Of a stretch of 64,000 nt of DNA, positions 26,601 through 35,479 are shown piece after piece. This stretch comes from an uncultured Clostridia bacterium. Lineage in GTDB: Bacteria; Bacillota; Clostridia; TANB77; CAG-508. Position numbers and translations under genes: made by a program. The stretch's first letter is position 1, and each line of letters opens with the position of its first letter. Location: the NCBI GenBank assembly GCA_946410665.1, contig CAMKBC010000002.1:11926-75925 (forward strand). Reading direction: 5' to 3'. A model generated the notes under the pieces. It worked only from the letters and a program-made list of their open reading frames with translations, did no database searches and was not told the origin of the DNA.

Positions 26601-29600
26601 AGACAACAAGTAGAGTGGTGCCAAATGAAACTTACATTGTTGAAGAATTAGATGATGAAGGAAATATTGAAAAGTCAAAAATCGGTAAATCTAATGCAAA
26701 TGGAAAATTTGTAATTAAAAATCTATATGCGGAGAAGAATTATAGAATCCGTCAATTAGAAGCAAATATTAATTATGAAAAAGATGAAAATGTTAGATAT
26801 TTCAGAGCGGACGAAAATGCTGAAGGGAATTTGGTGTTCTCATATGCAAATGAAAATTCTGAATTGTTTAACAACACCCCAAACTTTACAAAGGACAGTG
26901 AAACAAATAAAGATATATTAAATGTTTCGATATGGGAAACACCAAAATATGAAATCATACTTAAGAAATTGGATAGAGCGACAGATGAACCAATTAGCGG
27001 AGTAAACTTCTTATGCTATGATGCCAATACAACTGCTTCTGGAAAAACAGATGACACTGGAAAATTAGTGATGAGTAAATTCTTTGAAGATGCGACTTAC
27101 GTTTTAGAAGAAGTTACAGCTAAAGGATATTACCTACAAGACAGCACAGTTAAATTAGTAAAGAATGCTCAATACAACTATTCAGTAGCAATTGGAAATA
27201 ATGAATTTATAACTTCAGCTAGTGCAACAAATGGTGGTGAAGAACAAGATTTAGCAAGAGTAGAATTAGTATTATACAATGACTCAGTTCCAACATACAC
27301 ATTAAATGTTGTTAAAGTAAAAGAAGGAGCGGAAGCTACTAGATTAGCTGGAGCAGAATTTGAAATTACAAAATACGATGATAGCGAAAAGGAAAAAATT
27401 ACTACAGATGAAAATGGTACAGTAACTGTACAAAATATGTACCAATACAAAGAAGGCTTTGATATCACTGGTAAATATGGTTTACAAGAAATAACAGCAC
27501 CACGTGGATATGTTTTAAATAAAGAATATATCGAGTTTGTTGTTTCAAAAGAAAATGACACACTAAAGATTGACTATAAAGATGAAGAAGGTCTAACTTC
27601 TATCAAAGATACAGTAATTGATGGAAATAATGTAACAATTTATATTCAAGATAAAACATTATTTAAATTGACTAAGACAGATGACGATCAAGCATTAATT
27701 CCAAATGTAGCATTTGTAATTTATGAACTCGATGCAGAAGGCAAACTTCTTGATTATGCAAAAGATGCGAATGGCGAATATGTTGGAACGCAAAATGCAA
27801 GAGGAGCATATGAAGTAAGAACAGATGCAAATGGAGAGATAACGATTCCATTAAGAGATGGCGATTATATGCTATTCGAGGTTGAAGCTCCAGAACAATA
27901 TGAGTACAGCACAACAGGAAGAAGATTTAAAGTAAAGAGCGAAGAGACAACAGGCGAAGCAGGAACAGGAAGTGGAGAAGGAACTGAAACAACAGAAGAA
28001 AAATATACATATGCAGTTCAATACTACTATAACGGACAACGCGATGATACAAAGACAGAAACATATGAGGTAGACAAAGATACAGAAGTTACAACATATG
28101 AAGATAAGGTAGAGGATGGATATGAATTCCAATACGTAACTAAGTTGCCTTATAAAATTAGTTGTGATGATTTAGTAATAGATGTTTATTATGCAACACC
28201 AAAGACACAAACACTAGAAATTAATTACATTGAAGATTTAATTGAATTACAAAGAGCAGTAGATAATGGTAACAATTATGAAGACACAAAGGTTGTTTTA
28301 AATAGGAGTTTAGATTTCAATGATGCGGATTCATATAGAGATGCCGAAGGAACCACATATGGCGACTATAATGAAGACGGTACAACAGAAGGCATTAAGA
28401 AGGAAGTTACTTCAGGCAAGGGATGGAAATCTATTGGTGTAAGAAGCACACAAATTGCTGAAACTGCAAATGGTGATTATGTGTTAGATGGAAATAATAT
28501 AAAACATAATCAATTTGAATATAGCAAATTAAAATACTTTGCAGGAACCTTTGATGGAAACAATAATTCGATAAGTAATATGTATGCTAACTATACAGAT
28601 GAGGCATATAGAGATGATGAATACAAATTTACAGCTTCTAATGGTAACGAATATTCAGATTATCATAGTGCAGCTTTATTTGGCTGGACACATAATGCAA
28701 GTATTATGAATTTGAAATTTAGTGCACATATTTCTGAAAACAGAGGTAATGAATACAACAATTTCAACATGGCAAAAGGTGCGGGTTTGATTGGAAATGC
28801 ATACGGATCAATAAATGTATTTAATGTTGAGAATAGTTTAACGGGTAATTATTCTTATGCTGGTATAATTGGTAGTATAGATCAAAGAATAAATTATTAT
28901 GATAGAGAAAATACAAACATTAATATTCAAGATGTAAAAAACGCGATTTGTATTAGCGAAGATGAAGGTGAAAGAGGTGCAGGGTCTTATTCTTATTTGG
29001 GAGTAATAGGATACATGAAAGCTGCTAGTGCACATGACCCTTCTATTGTAGAGACTACAGAAATAAATAATGTAACTAATGATATAACTAACGATATAAG
29101 CGAAGAAAATTCAAGTGGTAAGTCAGTATCATATATAGGAACAATAGGATTTACTGAAGCAACTACAGATCGTACAAATTATGTAAATGATACATGCGGA
29201 ATATATTCGATAAATAGTAATATTATTACTGATAAAACTTGGAGTTACGAAATTGGCGCCGCAATTGGTTATATTGGAAATAAAAACATATCAGAGTATA
29301 AGATTAATAATATGAAGGCAAAAGTTGATTTTGGCGAAGCTTATTATCTTTCAGGAGCCATAGGAATGGGGTATCCAGGGGAAAGCAGTGGAATATTAAT
29401 CGAAAATTTCGATGTTGAAATTACTCAGACAAAAGAAAATGGCAGTTCATGTCAAGTTGGAGGTGTAATAGGATATTTAGCTTATACGGCCAATTCATCG
29501 GATCAATATTCAATAGGAATTGTAAGTATAAAAAATGGAAAAGGTAAGGTAGACTTAAAAAGAAGTTATATGGCTGGTGGAATAGTTGGCGAAGTATATA

Positions 29601-32600
29601 ACTATAATTTGTCGATTTCAAATGCCATAGCGCAAGGAAAGATACAAAGTAGTGATCAATCTGCAGGAATCGCTGGTTATGTATATTCACCAAAAAATCA
29701 GCTAATTATTGAAAATGTAAAAAACTATGCGGACATAACAGAAAGAGAAAATTCAAGTTCGAGTTACAATGGAGGAATAGTAGGATATTTATGCCCTTCA
29801 TATGCATCAATTAAAAATGCAGTTAATTATGGAACAATATATGGAACATATGATAATGGTGGAATAGTAGGAGATTTATCATCGAGCACTGGAGCTCTTT
29901 TTATAGAAAATGTACATAATTATGGAGATATAATCAATAATGCAAGTTATGGAGATGGACAAGGTGGAATAATAGGATACAGCAGTGGATCATATGTTAA
30001 TATTAAAAACGCAAAAAATTACGGAAAGGTAACAGGATATTACTACGTAGGAGGAATTGTTGGTCGTCAGTCTGGAAATAGAATTGAGTTACTAAACTGT
30101 GAAAACATGGGCGAAATAAGCGGAGATAGGCTATATGAATATGCAGGAGGACTATTAGGAACTAGTTATGGCAGCACGCAAATTGAAAGTTCGTTCAACA
30201 AAGGAACTATTAATGTTGTTGGTGAAAATCAAAGCGAGTGTTATTATATTGGTGGTTTGATTGGTTATCAAGGTGGTAGTAACAACGCCTCTTTATATAT
30301 TAACAATAGTTATAACGAAGGAAATATCAATATTTTGAATAAAAGAATGGTATACGAGACAGGTGGATTAGTTGGATGGTATGGTTCAGGTGTAATTCAA
30401 AACAGCTATAACGCCGGAGATATTAATATTGATTACACTGGGCAAGAATATGGATATGCATATGCTATTGGAGGAATAGGATCTTCTAGTGCTTCATCTG
30501 GATTGGTTAATAATGTAATAAATAAAGGAAATATACATATTAATAGCAAGTATGAAAATTCAACATCTTCCAATATAGGAGGAATACTAGGAAATCAAGG
30601 ACAAATAAGTGTAATGAATGTTATAAACCAAGGAGAAATCGAAATATTTTCTAATGGAGTTGATTATTATAGCGTTGGAGGAATCATAGGTGGAAGTAAT
30701 CAGAATGCAAATATACAAAATGCATATAATACAGGGAATATAACATTGTTGGGTGGCAGATATGCAGAAAGTGATTATCCTGACGAACGTGGATTAGGTG
30801 GAATCGTCGGAACTAACGACGAAGGAGCAATAGTAAATAGATGTTATAATTCAGGAAAAATCGTTTCGATGATATTTACAGGAGGTATCGTAGGATATAA
30901 CAAAGGAACCGTAGTAGATTGTTATAATGAAGGAAAAATAACGTCTTATAAGAAGATGGTAGGCGGTATAGCAGGAAAAAATGAATATGTATTATCTAAT
31001 GTATACAATGTAGGAAATGTAACAGCTAAAAACGAGAATGTAAAAATTGGTCCTATTGTGGGTGAAAGCAGTGACGGAATAGATTACAATGGAAACATTG
31101 AATCACAAGATGTCATAGAGAATGCACATTATAGTGATAAGATAACTGTAATTGGAGGCGTTCAAAATCAAGATGGAATAAAACAAGAAGATAATTACAT
31201 GAAGTCGGAAGAGTTTTACAACACTTTAAATACGCATAATGCATGGACTTATATAGATGATCAATATCCAAAACTAATGATTAGTGCAGGAGAAACAATT
31301 CCAGAAACTACAGAATTAAATATTATAAATGATCATAAGATTTATAATATTTCTACAATGTTAAATAATTCAGAAGGCGGATCAATTACAGGATATGGAC
31401 AAGATGTTTTAGAAGAAGTAAGACATGGAGCAAGCAACACAAAAGCAATTGAAATGATTCCAAATGAAGGATATGAAATTGGAAGAGTTACAATAAATGG
31501 TGAGCAACAAGAGATTACTTTAAATGCAGATGGTTCATACAAGATTGATGTTGGAGAATTACAAAACATAAAAGATGATAAGTTAATATATGTAGAATTC
31601 TTAAAACAAGATCAAATCTTATTAATTGAAAAAGTAGATAAAGATACAGATGAAACACTATCGAATGCAACATTTGATATACAACAAATTGAGAATAGTC
31701 CTATAACAGATGAAATAAGTGAACTTAAAGAATCAAATGTACAAAATGAAAATGCAGCTGATGTTGAAAATCTTGTCGATGAAACAATAGGAAATCCAAC
31801 GATGTCAACAGGAAGCTATTCAAAAAACAATGGTGTTTATACTTTAAATTCAGCATACTATAGATATCAATCAGGCAGATATTGGTACGCGATAAATGGA
31901 CGAATTCCAATTAATTTGAGCGATAAAACAGGTAATTATATTGTTAGATTTGAAAGTGAATATTGGGATAGTGCGTCAATTAATAATTCAAATGGCGAAA
32001 GTGTTGGATATATGGAAAGTCGTGCTGTTGAAGGTAGTCAATATAGTTACACATATCTTTTAACAGGTGGAAAATCGTATTATATACAACTTTATAGAGA
32101 TCAATCAGGAAGTACTTTTAGTAGAAGGTTAGATAACTTCCACGTTTATCCAGTGACAGATAAAGCTTATAATATGACAACAACAGATGAAGGATACTAT
32201 GAAACAACAAATGCAAATGTTCCATGGGCAATATCAGCAGGAAATGTGGAAATTGATTTAACAAATCATCCAGAAGAACATACTATATCAGTTAAGCATA
32301 AGAGTGTAGAAAATTCTAACAGGGAGATAGAATTCGATATAATAGTTAAAAATAGCATCACAGATGCGAAAGTGTATGAAAAAACAGTTTATGCACAAGC
32401 AAATGAACAAACAGATACAATTAGTGTTCCGGGTGGTACAAAATATAATTTAGAATTTCGATATAAGAATCTAGCTGGAAACGCTGGAAAACTTCAAATA
32501 ACAGGAGTTTCAATTGAACTAGATGAATCTAAATTAACTAAAGTAACAAGAACTACAAGTGTTGAAGGTCAAATAAAAGTCCAACTTCCAGTAGGTAAAT

Positions 32601-35212
32601 ATAGGATTACAGAAACAAATGCACCAGAACATTATTTACTAAATACCGAATCTACAGAATATTATGTAGATATAAACAAGGAGAATAAAGTAACAATTCA
32701 AGACACACATAAACCAATAGTAAGAGTACATCATTACTTGATGGAAAACGGACAAGAGACAACAAAGAAAGTTGCTGCAGATGAAGAATACGAAGGCAAT
32801 CTTGATGAAGATTATTACTTCAATCCTAAAGATAAGTTAGTAGGATTATCACTAGCTAAAGATGATAATGGCGAGTTAATAATTCCATCTAATTACAAAG
32901 GAAAATACACTTTAGGAGTAACAGATGTTAACTTCTACTATGAGGCAGACAATATCAAATTGACAATTCATCATTATCAAGAAGGAACACAAACAAAAGT
33001 AGCAGAAGATGAAGTAATTGAGAAAGATGCTGTTGTTGAATTTAAGCAAGACGGTTCATATAAAGTATCAGCAACTGGTACATATAAAGTAGCCGACAAT
33101 GCTAAATATCAAGAATTAACAGCAAGCACATATAACTTAACAAGTTTATACTCATCAGTACATGCGGGATTAGAAATTAGAGACACATTAGAATATAGTT
33201 CGAATGCCGAACTAATTTATAATTACAGCACTAAGAAGTATAGAATTGTAACAAGAGTTATAGAACACGAAGAAGTAGTACCAGATGAGGAAGAAGATGA
33301 TGAAGAATCAGAGGAAACAAATCCAATGACAAACACAACATCTAATGAAATCGAAAATACTACAACAAACGAAACAACAGATGAGAATACAACAAATGAA
33401 ACAACTAACACAACTGAAAACACAACAACAACTAATACAGAAACAACACCAAAGACTAAAACTATTTCAGTAAAAGGTGGAACAATTTCTGGTTATGATC
33501 TTGAATACTATGAAGAATTAGCAAGCAATGCAAATAGTACAAAAGACATCATAGTAACACCAGACAAAGGCTACAAGATCAAAGAAATCAAATTAAATGA
33601 TAATGTTGTTTATGATGCGGATCATACAACGAATGATTTATACACAGTCGAAAATGGCGTTGTTACATTTAACAAATTTAACAATGTAGTTGAAGACAAA
33701 ACAATTACTGTTGAATTTGAAGGTGTAGGATCAATTGTAAAAGTTCATCATATTATAACTGAAGAAGGTAAAGAAGACGTAGAGTACAAGACCGTAGAAA
33801 TTAGAGGAAAAGTTGGTTCAAGATACACAACAGAAGAAATTGAAATTGAAGGATATACATTATATTCAACTTCATTAAATACAACAGGTGAAATTGCAGA
33901 AGAACAAATTGATGTATACTACAATTACAAAGCAAATCCAGAAACAACATATACAATCAGATATTTCTATGACAATACAGAAGATGTAGAACTTGCTGAA
34001 AGAATTGTTGGAAAAACAAAAACAACAGTAACAATGGAAGATATTAAAGCTAAGATTGATGGGCATAAGAAAGATGTTTATGAATTTGAAAGAGCAGAGA
34101 ATATACCATTAATGATTGTTAACGACGTAGATGAATATGTAGTTAAGATTTATTACATTTCTACATTTGGTAAAGTAGTTGAAAAACATATTGATGCAGG
34201 ACACAACACACTTCTATACACAGAGATACATAAAGGTTCTATTGGAACTGCATACAATATCAAATCAAGAAAAATTGATGGTTATACATTACTTGAGAAA
34301 GATATAAATGGTAAGAGTGTTCTACCAACAAATGCAGAAGGAACATATGCAAAAGATGTTATTGATACAGTAATTTATTACTATACAAGAAACACAACAG
34401 TTAAGGTTATATATCAAGATGAAAACGAAACTGAGTTAGATAAAGTAATTATTGAAGGACATGAAGGAGACGAATATACAACAGAAGAGAAGACAATCAA
34501 AGGTTATGAACTTGTTGAAACACCAAAGAATGCAGAAGGTGTAATGTTAGTTACAAAAGATTCAAACGGAAATGACAATACAGAAACTGTAGTAATCTAC
34601 AAATACAAGAAATTAATACCAGCTGATGTTGTAGAGAAATATGTTGATATCAACACAAATGAACCTGTTGAAGAAATAACACACAAAGGTGAAATTGATG
34701 AAGAATATGAAATTACTCCAAAGACAATCGAAGGATATACATTAATAACAAAAGATAAAGATGGAAATGATATTCTTCCAACAAATACAAAAGGAAAGTA
34801 TTCAACAACTAAAGTAGAAGTAATCTACTATGTAGCAATGAATGCAACTGTAAGAGTTCAACATATTAACTTAATAACAAGTGAAAAGATGGCAAAAGAT
34901 GTTGTAATTGAAGGTTATGAAGGTAAAGAGTACGAAACAGAACCAATGACATTCGAGGGATATGAATTAACAGGTACTCCTGAAAATGCAAAAGGAAGAA
35001 TGCAAGTTACTTTAGATGAAGATGGAAATAAAGTAACAGAATTAGTAGTTAAATACTATTATGCCGAAAAACTAGAAGGTAAATTACCACAAACAAGTGA
35101 AACAAACTCAAAACAAGCAATTTTAATAGCAATACCTTTTGTAGTACTAATTAACTTAGGATTAGCAACAATAGCATTTAAGAAGAACAAAAAAGAAGAT
35201 ATGAACAAATAA
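23684..35212 (+). CDS. Giant sortase-anchored adhesin (about 3842 aa): signal anchor, Cna-B-like domains, GLUG-like repeat block, Ig-like repeats, Thr/Asn-rich linker, about 6-8 MucBP repeats, LPQTSE sorting signal
   Basis: The ATG at 23684 has RBS aaggag. The upstream 54 codons in the ORF track have no RBS and overlap the conserved leader. Cna-B-like segments read TDDTGKLVM...EEVTAKGYY. The GLUG block reads VGGIVGRQSG, AGGLLGTSYG and IGGLIGYQGG. MucBP repeats include V.V.Y.D..G.......I.G.EG.EY.T.......GYEL....NA.G.....D..V.YYY. The C-terminus is LPQTSE, then a TM segment, then KKNKK. Confidence 0.85.
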   Translation: MKVNLRKSTKTILKVASLMIVLITTIVAICLNNTTFKSSLTEEQLFENRVAKNYNELTNDDKETNVPNVKFGAYFLRDMEGNNVAHMLDGTCKRIGSSDDLYFDIQVSGDSYIDNAKIRITNANFKAEFNYLKDDYLKYNYQGVYSLIEFNKIDGGSEEQIYGNIQFTPLSNYNDYSKTAVVTFTADYHDIYTGETAQVEKQVPITVDWYGDLNTVVFSQNRAYSPDDIEGNTVNTLFEIKEYVDETKKDETLLLKDRTIEIKIPNLRQWEPVTARLSDGNATYDPETKTLTLTKESRFDESGNLISSIANKTSYTVYITYPEEAYQYTTLVGADDIFNGKEQLSLKTTVTTHAYNNPGVEFENIVTSENIVYPTIKFTPPSAPPAPLGTTVVVTYEHEDSEISIQRVLENYDKVKEEGFDAGTLSSYFDTHITVQRGAIRDFGLLKIDEEYVKFGQNDVSKYLKDTSISYYGISEILEDDGKILVYNAETDELIKEIGMDVIRKNSSITVPENVARVRIELTNFKKCEGTTIRGNRIYAGNLADIYVHKALDINAIINDFEYSTLKSLSNYYSKIADKLYQKDSGTLEYTTSASDSSKLKYNKTEAMIRAYPAAFGNNGEIDEDAEQPGEDITLTVSSKHEQDRAYWGKGEFVVELPDEFNYFNLNSVESSTCTINGYEYFEENGKKLIRVFAETNYNIIITIKGRVVIDPLASNGNKAIRLYYKNESCADYYNGKVSDKYDVDLNEDTTEGIGYASTYVTVTSPATFIVKQMVTNFDEKESFVTAPNVAEVDKETNHATIQIGVKNNNASPVIDCYLVGKIPYEGNTKVKTTTDLKSKFTAHMTSEGIIVPENLRNVTVYYSENDSVNFNIDDASNGWKLKEEITDWNKVRSFLIDLSNITIRSGDANQVFKYNVTVPNGLSYNDASYSTVASKYNLQTNSGILYNRGTESQKTGIRIVRKYNLDTTLYKETTSRVVPNETYIVEELDDEGNIEKSKIGKSNANGKFVIKNLYAEKNYRIRQLEANINYEKDENVRYFRADENAEGNLVFSYANENSELFNNTPNFTKDSETNKDILNVSIWETPKYEIILKKLDRATDEPISGVNFLCYDANTTASGKTDDTGKLVMSKFFEDATYVLEEVTAKGYYLQDSTVKLVKNAQYNYSVAIGNNEFITSASATNGGEEQDLARVELVLYNDSVPTYTLNVVKVKEGAEATRLAGAEFEITKYDDSEKEKITTDENGTVTVQNMYQYKEGFDITGKYGLQEITAPRGYVLNKEYIEFVVSKENDTLKIDYKDEEGLTSIKDTVIDGNNVTIYIQDKTLFKLTKTDDDQALIPNVAFVIYELDAEGKLLDYAKDANGEYVGTQNARGAYEVRTDANGEITIPLRDGDYMLFEVEAPEQYEYSTTGRRFKVKSEETTGEAGTGSGEGTETTEEKYTYAVQYYYNGQRDDTKTETYEVDKDTEVTTYEDKVEDGYEFQYVTKLPYKISCDDLVIDVYYATPKTQTLEINYIEDLIELQRAVDNGNNYEDTKVVLNRSLDFNDADSYRDAEGTTYGDYNEDGTTEGIKKEVTSGKGWKSIGVRSTQIAETANGDYVLDGNNIKHNQFEYSKLKYFAGTFDGNNNSISNMYANYTDEAYRDDEYKFTASNGNEYSDYHSAALFGWTHNASIMNLKFSAHISENRGNEYNNFNMAKGAGLIGNAYGSINVFNVENSLTGNYSYAGIIGSIDQRINYYDRENTNINIQDVKNAICISEDEGERGAGSYSYLGVIGYMKAASAHDPSIVETTEINNVTNDITNDISEENSSGKSVSYIGTIGFTEATTDRTNYVNDTCGIYSINSNIITDKTWSYEIGAAIGYIGNKNISEYKINNMKAKVDFGEAYYLSGAIGMGYPGESSGILIENFDVEITQTKENGSSCQVGGVIGYLAYTANSSDQYSIGIVSIKNGKGKVDLKRSYMAGGIVGEVYNYNLSISNAIAQGKIQSSDQSAGIAGYVYSPKNQLIIENVKNYADITERENSSSSYNGGIVGYLCPSYASIKNAVNYGTIYGTYDNGGIVGDLSSSTGALFIENVHNYGDIINNASYGDGQGGIIGYSSGSYVNIKNAKNYGKVTGYYYVGGIVGRQSGNRIELLNCENMGEISGDRLYEYAGGLLGTSYGSTQIESSFNKGTINVVGENQSECYYIGGLIGYQGGSNNASLYINNSYNEGNINILNKRMVYETGGLVGWYGSGVIQNSYNAGDINIDYTGQEYGYAYAIGGIGSSSASSGLVNNVINKGNIHINSKYENSTSSNIGGILGNQGQISVMNVINQGEIEIFSNGVDYYSVGGIIGGSNQNANIQNAYNTGNITLLGGRYAESDYPDERGLGGIVGTNDEGAIVNRCYNSGKIVSMIFTGGIVGYNKGTVVDCYNEGKITSYKKMVGGIAGKNEYVLSNVYNVGNVTAKNENVKIGPIVGESSDGIDYNGNIESQDVIENAHYSDKITVIGGVQNQDGIKQEDNYMKSEEFYNTLNTHNAWTYIDDQYPKLMISAGETIPETTELNIINDHKIYNISTMLNNSEGGSITGYGQDVLEEVRHGASNTKAIEMIPNEGYEIGRVTINGEQQEITLNADGSYKIDVGELQNIKDDKLIYVEFLKQDQILLIEKVDKDTDETLSNATFDIQQIENSPITDEISELKESNVQNENAADVENLVDETIGNPTMSTGSYSKNNGVYTLNSAYYRYQSGRYWYAINGRIPINLSDKTGNYIVRFESEYWDSASINNSNGESVGYMESRAVEGSQYSYTYLLTGGKSYYIQLYRDQSGSTFSRRLDNFHVYPVTDKAYNMTTTDEGYYETTNANVPWAISAGNVEIDLTNHPEEHTISVKHKSVENSNREIEFDIIVKNSITDAKVYEKTVYAQANEQTDTISVPGGTKYNLEFRYKNLAGNAGKLQITGVSIELDESKLTKVTRTTSVEGQIKVQLPVGKYRITETNAPEHYLLNTESTEYYVDINKENKVTIQDTHKPIVRVHHYLMENGQETTKKVAADEEYEGNLDEDYYFNPKDKLVGLSLAKDDNGELIIPSNYKGKYTLGVTDVNFYYEADNIKLTIHHYQEGTQTKVAEDEVIEKDAVVEFKQDGSYKVSATGTYKVADNAKYQELTASTYNLTSLYSSVHAGLEIRDTLEYSSNAELIYNYSTKKYRIVTRVIEHEEVVPDEEEDDEESEETNPMTNTTSNEIENTTTNETTDENTTNETTNTTENTTTTNTETTPKTKTISVKGGTISGYDLEYYEELASNANSTKDIIVTPDKGYKIKEIKLNDNVVYDADHTTNDLYTVENGVVTFNKFNNVVEDKTITVEFEGVGSIVKVHHIITEEGKEDVEYKTVEIRGKVGSRYTTEEIEIEGYTLYSTSLNTTGEIAEEQIDVYYNYKANPETTYTIRYFYDNTEDVELAERIVGKTKTTVTMEDIKAKIDGHKKDVYEFERAENIPLMIVNDVDEYVVKIYYISTFGKVVEKHIDAGHNTLLYTEIHKGSIGTAYNIKSRKIDGYTLLEKDINGKSVLPTNAEGTYAKDVIDTVIYYYTRNTTVKVIYQDENETELDKVIIEGHEGDEYTTEEKTIKGYELVETPKNAEGVMLVTKDSNGNDNTETVVIYKYKKLIPADVVEKYVDINTNEPVEEITHKGEIDEEYEITPKTIEGYTLITKDKDGNDILPTNTKGKYSTTKVEVIYYVAMNATVRVQHINLITSEKMAKDVVIEGYEGKEYETEPMTFEGYELTGTPENAKGRMQVTLDEDGNKVTELVVKYYYAEKLEGKLPQTSETNSKQAILIAIPFVVLINLGLATIAFKKNKKEDMNK
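28700..31050 (+). repeat. GLUG-like repeat block (about 25 units) in the 3842-aa protein
   Basis: Recurrent N(Y/K)G.(I/V)....(Y/N)(V/A)GG(I/L)(V/I)G units occur every 25-30 aa. Confidence 0.65.
33722..35075 (+). repeat. MucBP-like repeat array (6 clear units; 2 more degenerate units lie at about 32718-33020)
   Basis: Examples are VKVHHIITEEGKEDVEYKTVEIRGKVGSRYTTEEIEIEGYTL...IDVYYNY, and ATVRVQHINLITSEKMAKDVVIEGYEGKEYETEPMTFEGYELTGTPENAKGRMQV....LVVKYYY. Confidence 0.7.
35084..35101 (+). other. Sortase sorting-signal motif LPQTSE, followed by a hydrophobic segment and a basic tail
   Basis: tta cca caa aca agt gaa encodes LPQTSE, followed by ...AILIAIPFVVLINLGLATIAFKKNKK. Confidence 0.7.
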
Positions 35213-35229
35213 GAATAACTAAATAAAAA

Positions 35230-35265
35230 GGAGGGAGATAGAGATAATCTATCTCCTCTTTTTTA
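35230..35265 (+). terminator. Rho-independent terminator
   Basis: The stem ggagatag/ctatctcc has a 7-nt loop and is followed by tcttttttat. Confidence 0.65.
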
Positions 35266-35352
35266 TGTTTGCAAAACCTTAAAGCACGAAATCTTTACGG
35301 GATTAAAGGTTTAAAGCTGATTTTGGTAGTTAATTATAACAATGTATTAGAG

Positions 35353-35430
35353 ATGTAACAGAAAATTTCTCAAAAAAACAGTAATAAACCTGTATATTAT
35401 AGGCATCGAAAGTATTTTCAAAGGAGAATA
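35353..35430 (+). promoter_or_regulatory. Conserved promoter/leader block, copy B, paralogous to 23592..23683
   Basis: About 75% nucleotide identity over about 80 nt, including tgtaaca, ttctcaaaaaa, gtatatta, gcatcgaaa and tattttcaaaggagaa. Confidence 0.5.
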
Positions 35431-35479
35431 CTATGATGTGAAAATATTCATATCAAGCAAAAGAAAAAAGGAGAAAACA

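Noticed and set aside
35438-35479. GTG start of the 5621-aa gene as given in the ORF track
   Set aside because: It is possible, with an 11-nt spacer from the conserved RBS. The ATG at 35480 has its own aaaaggag RBS and begins a typical signal anchor. The GTG start is kept as an alternative in the findings.
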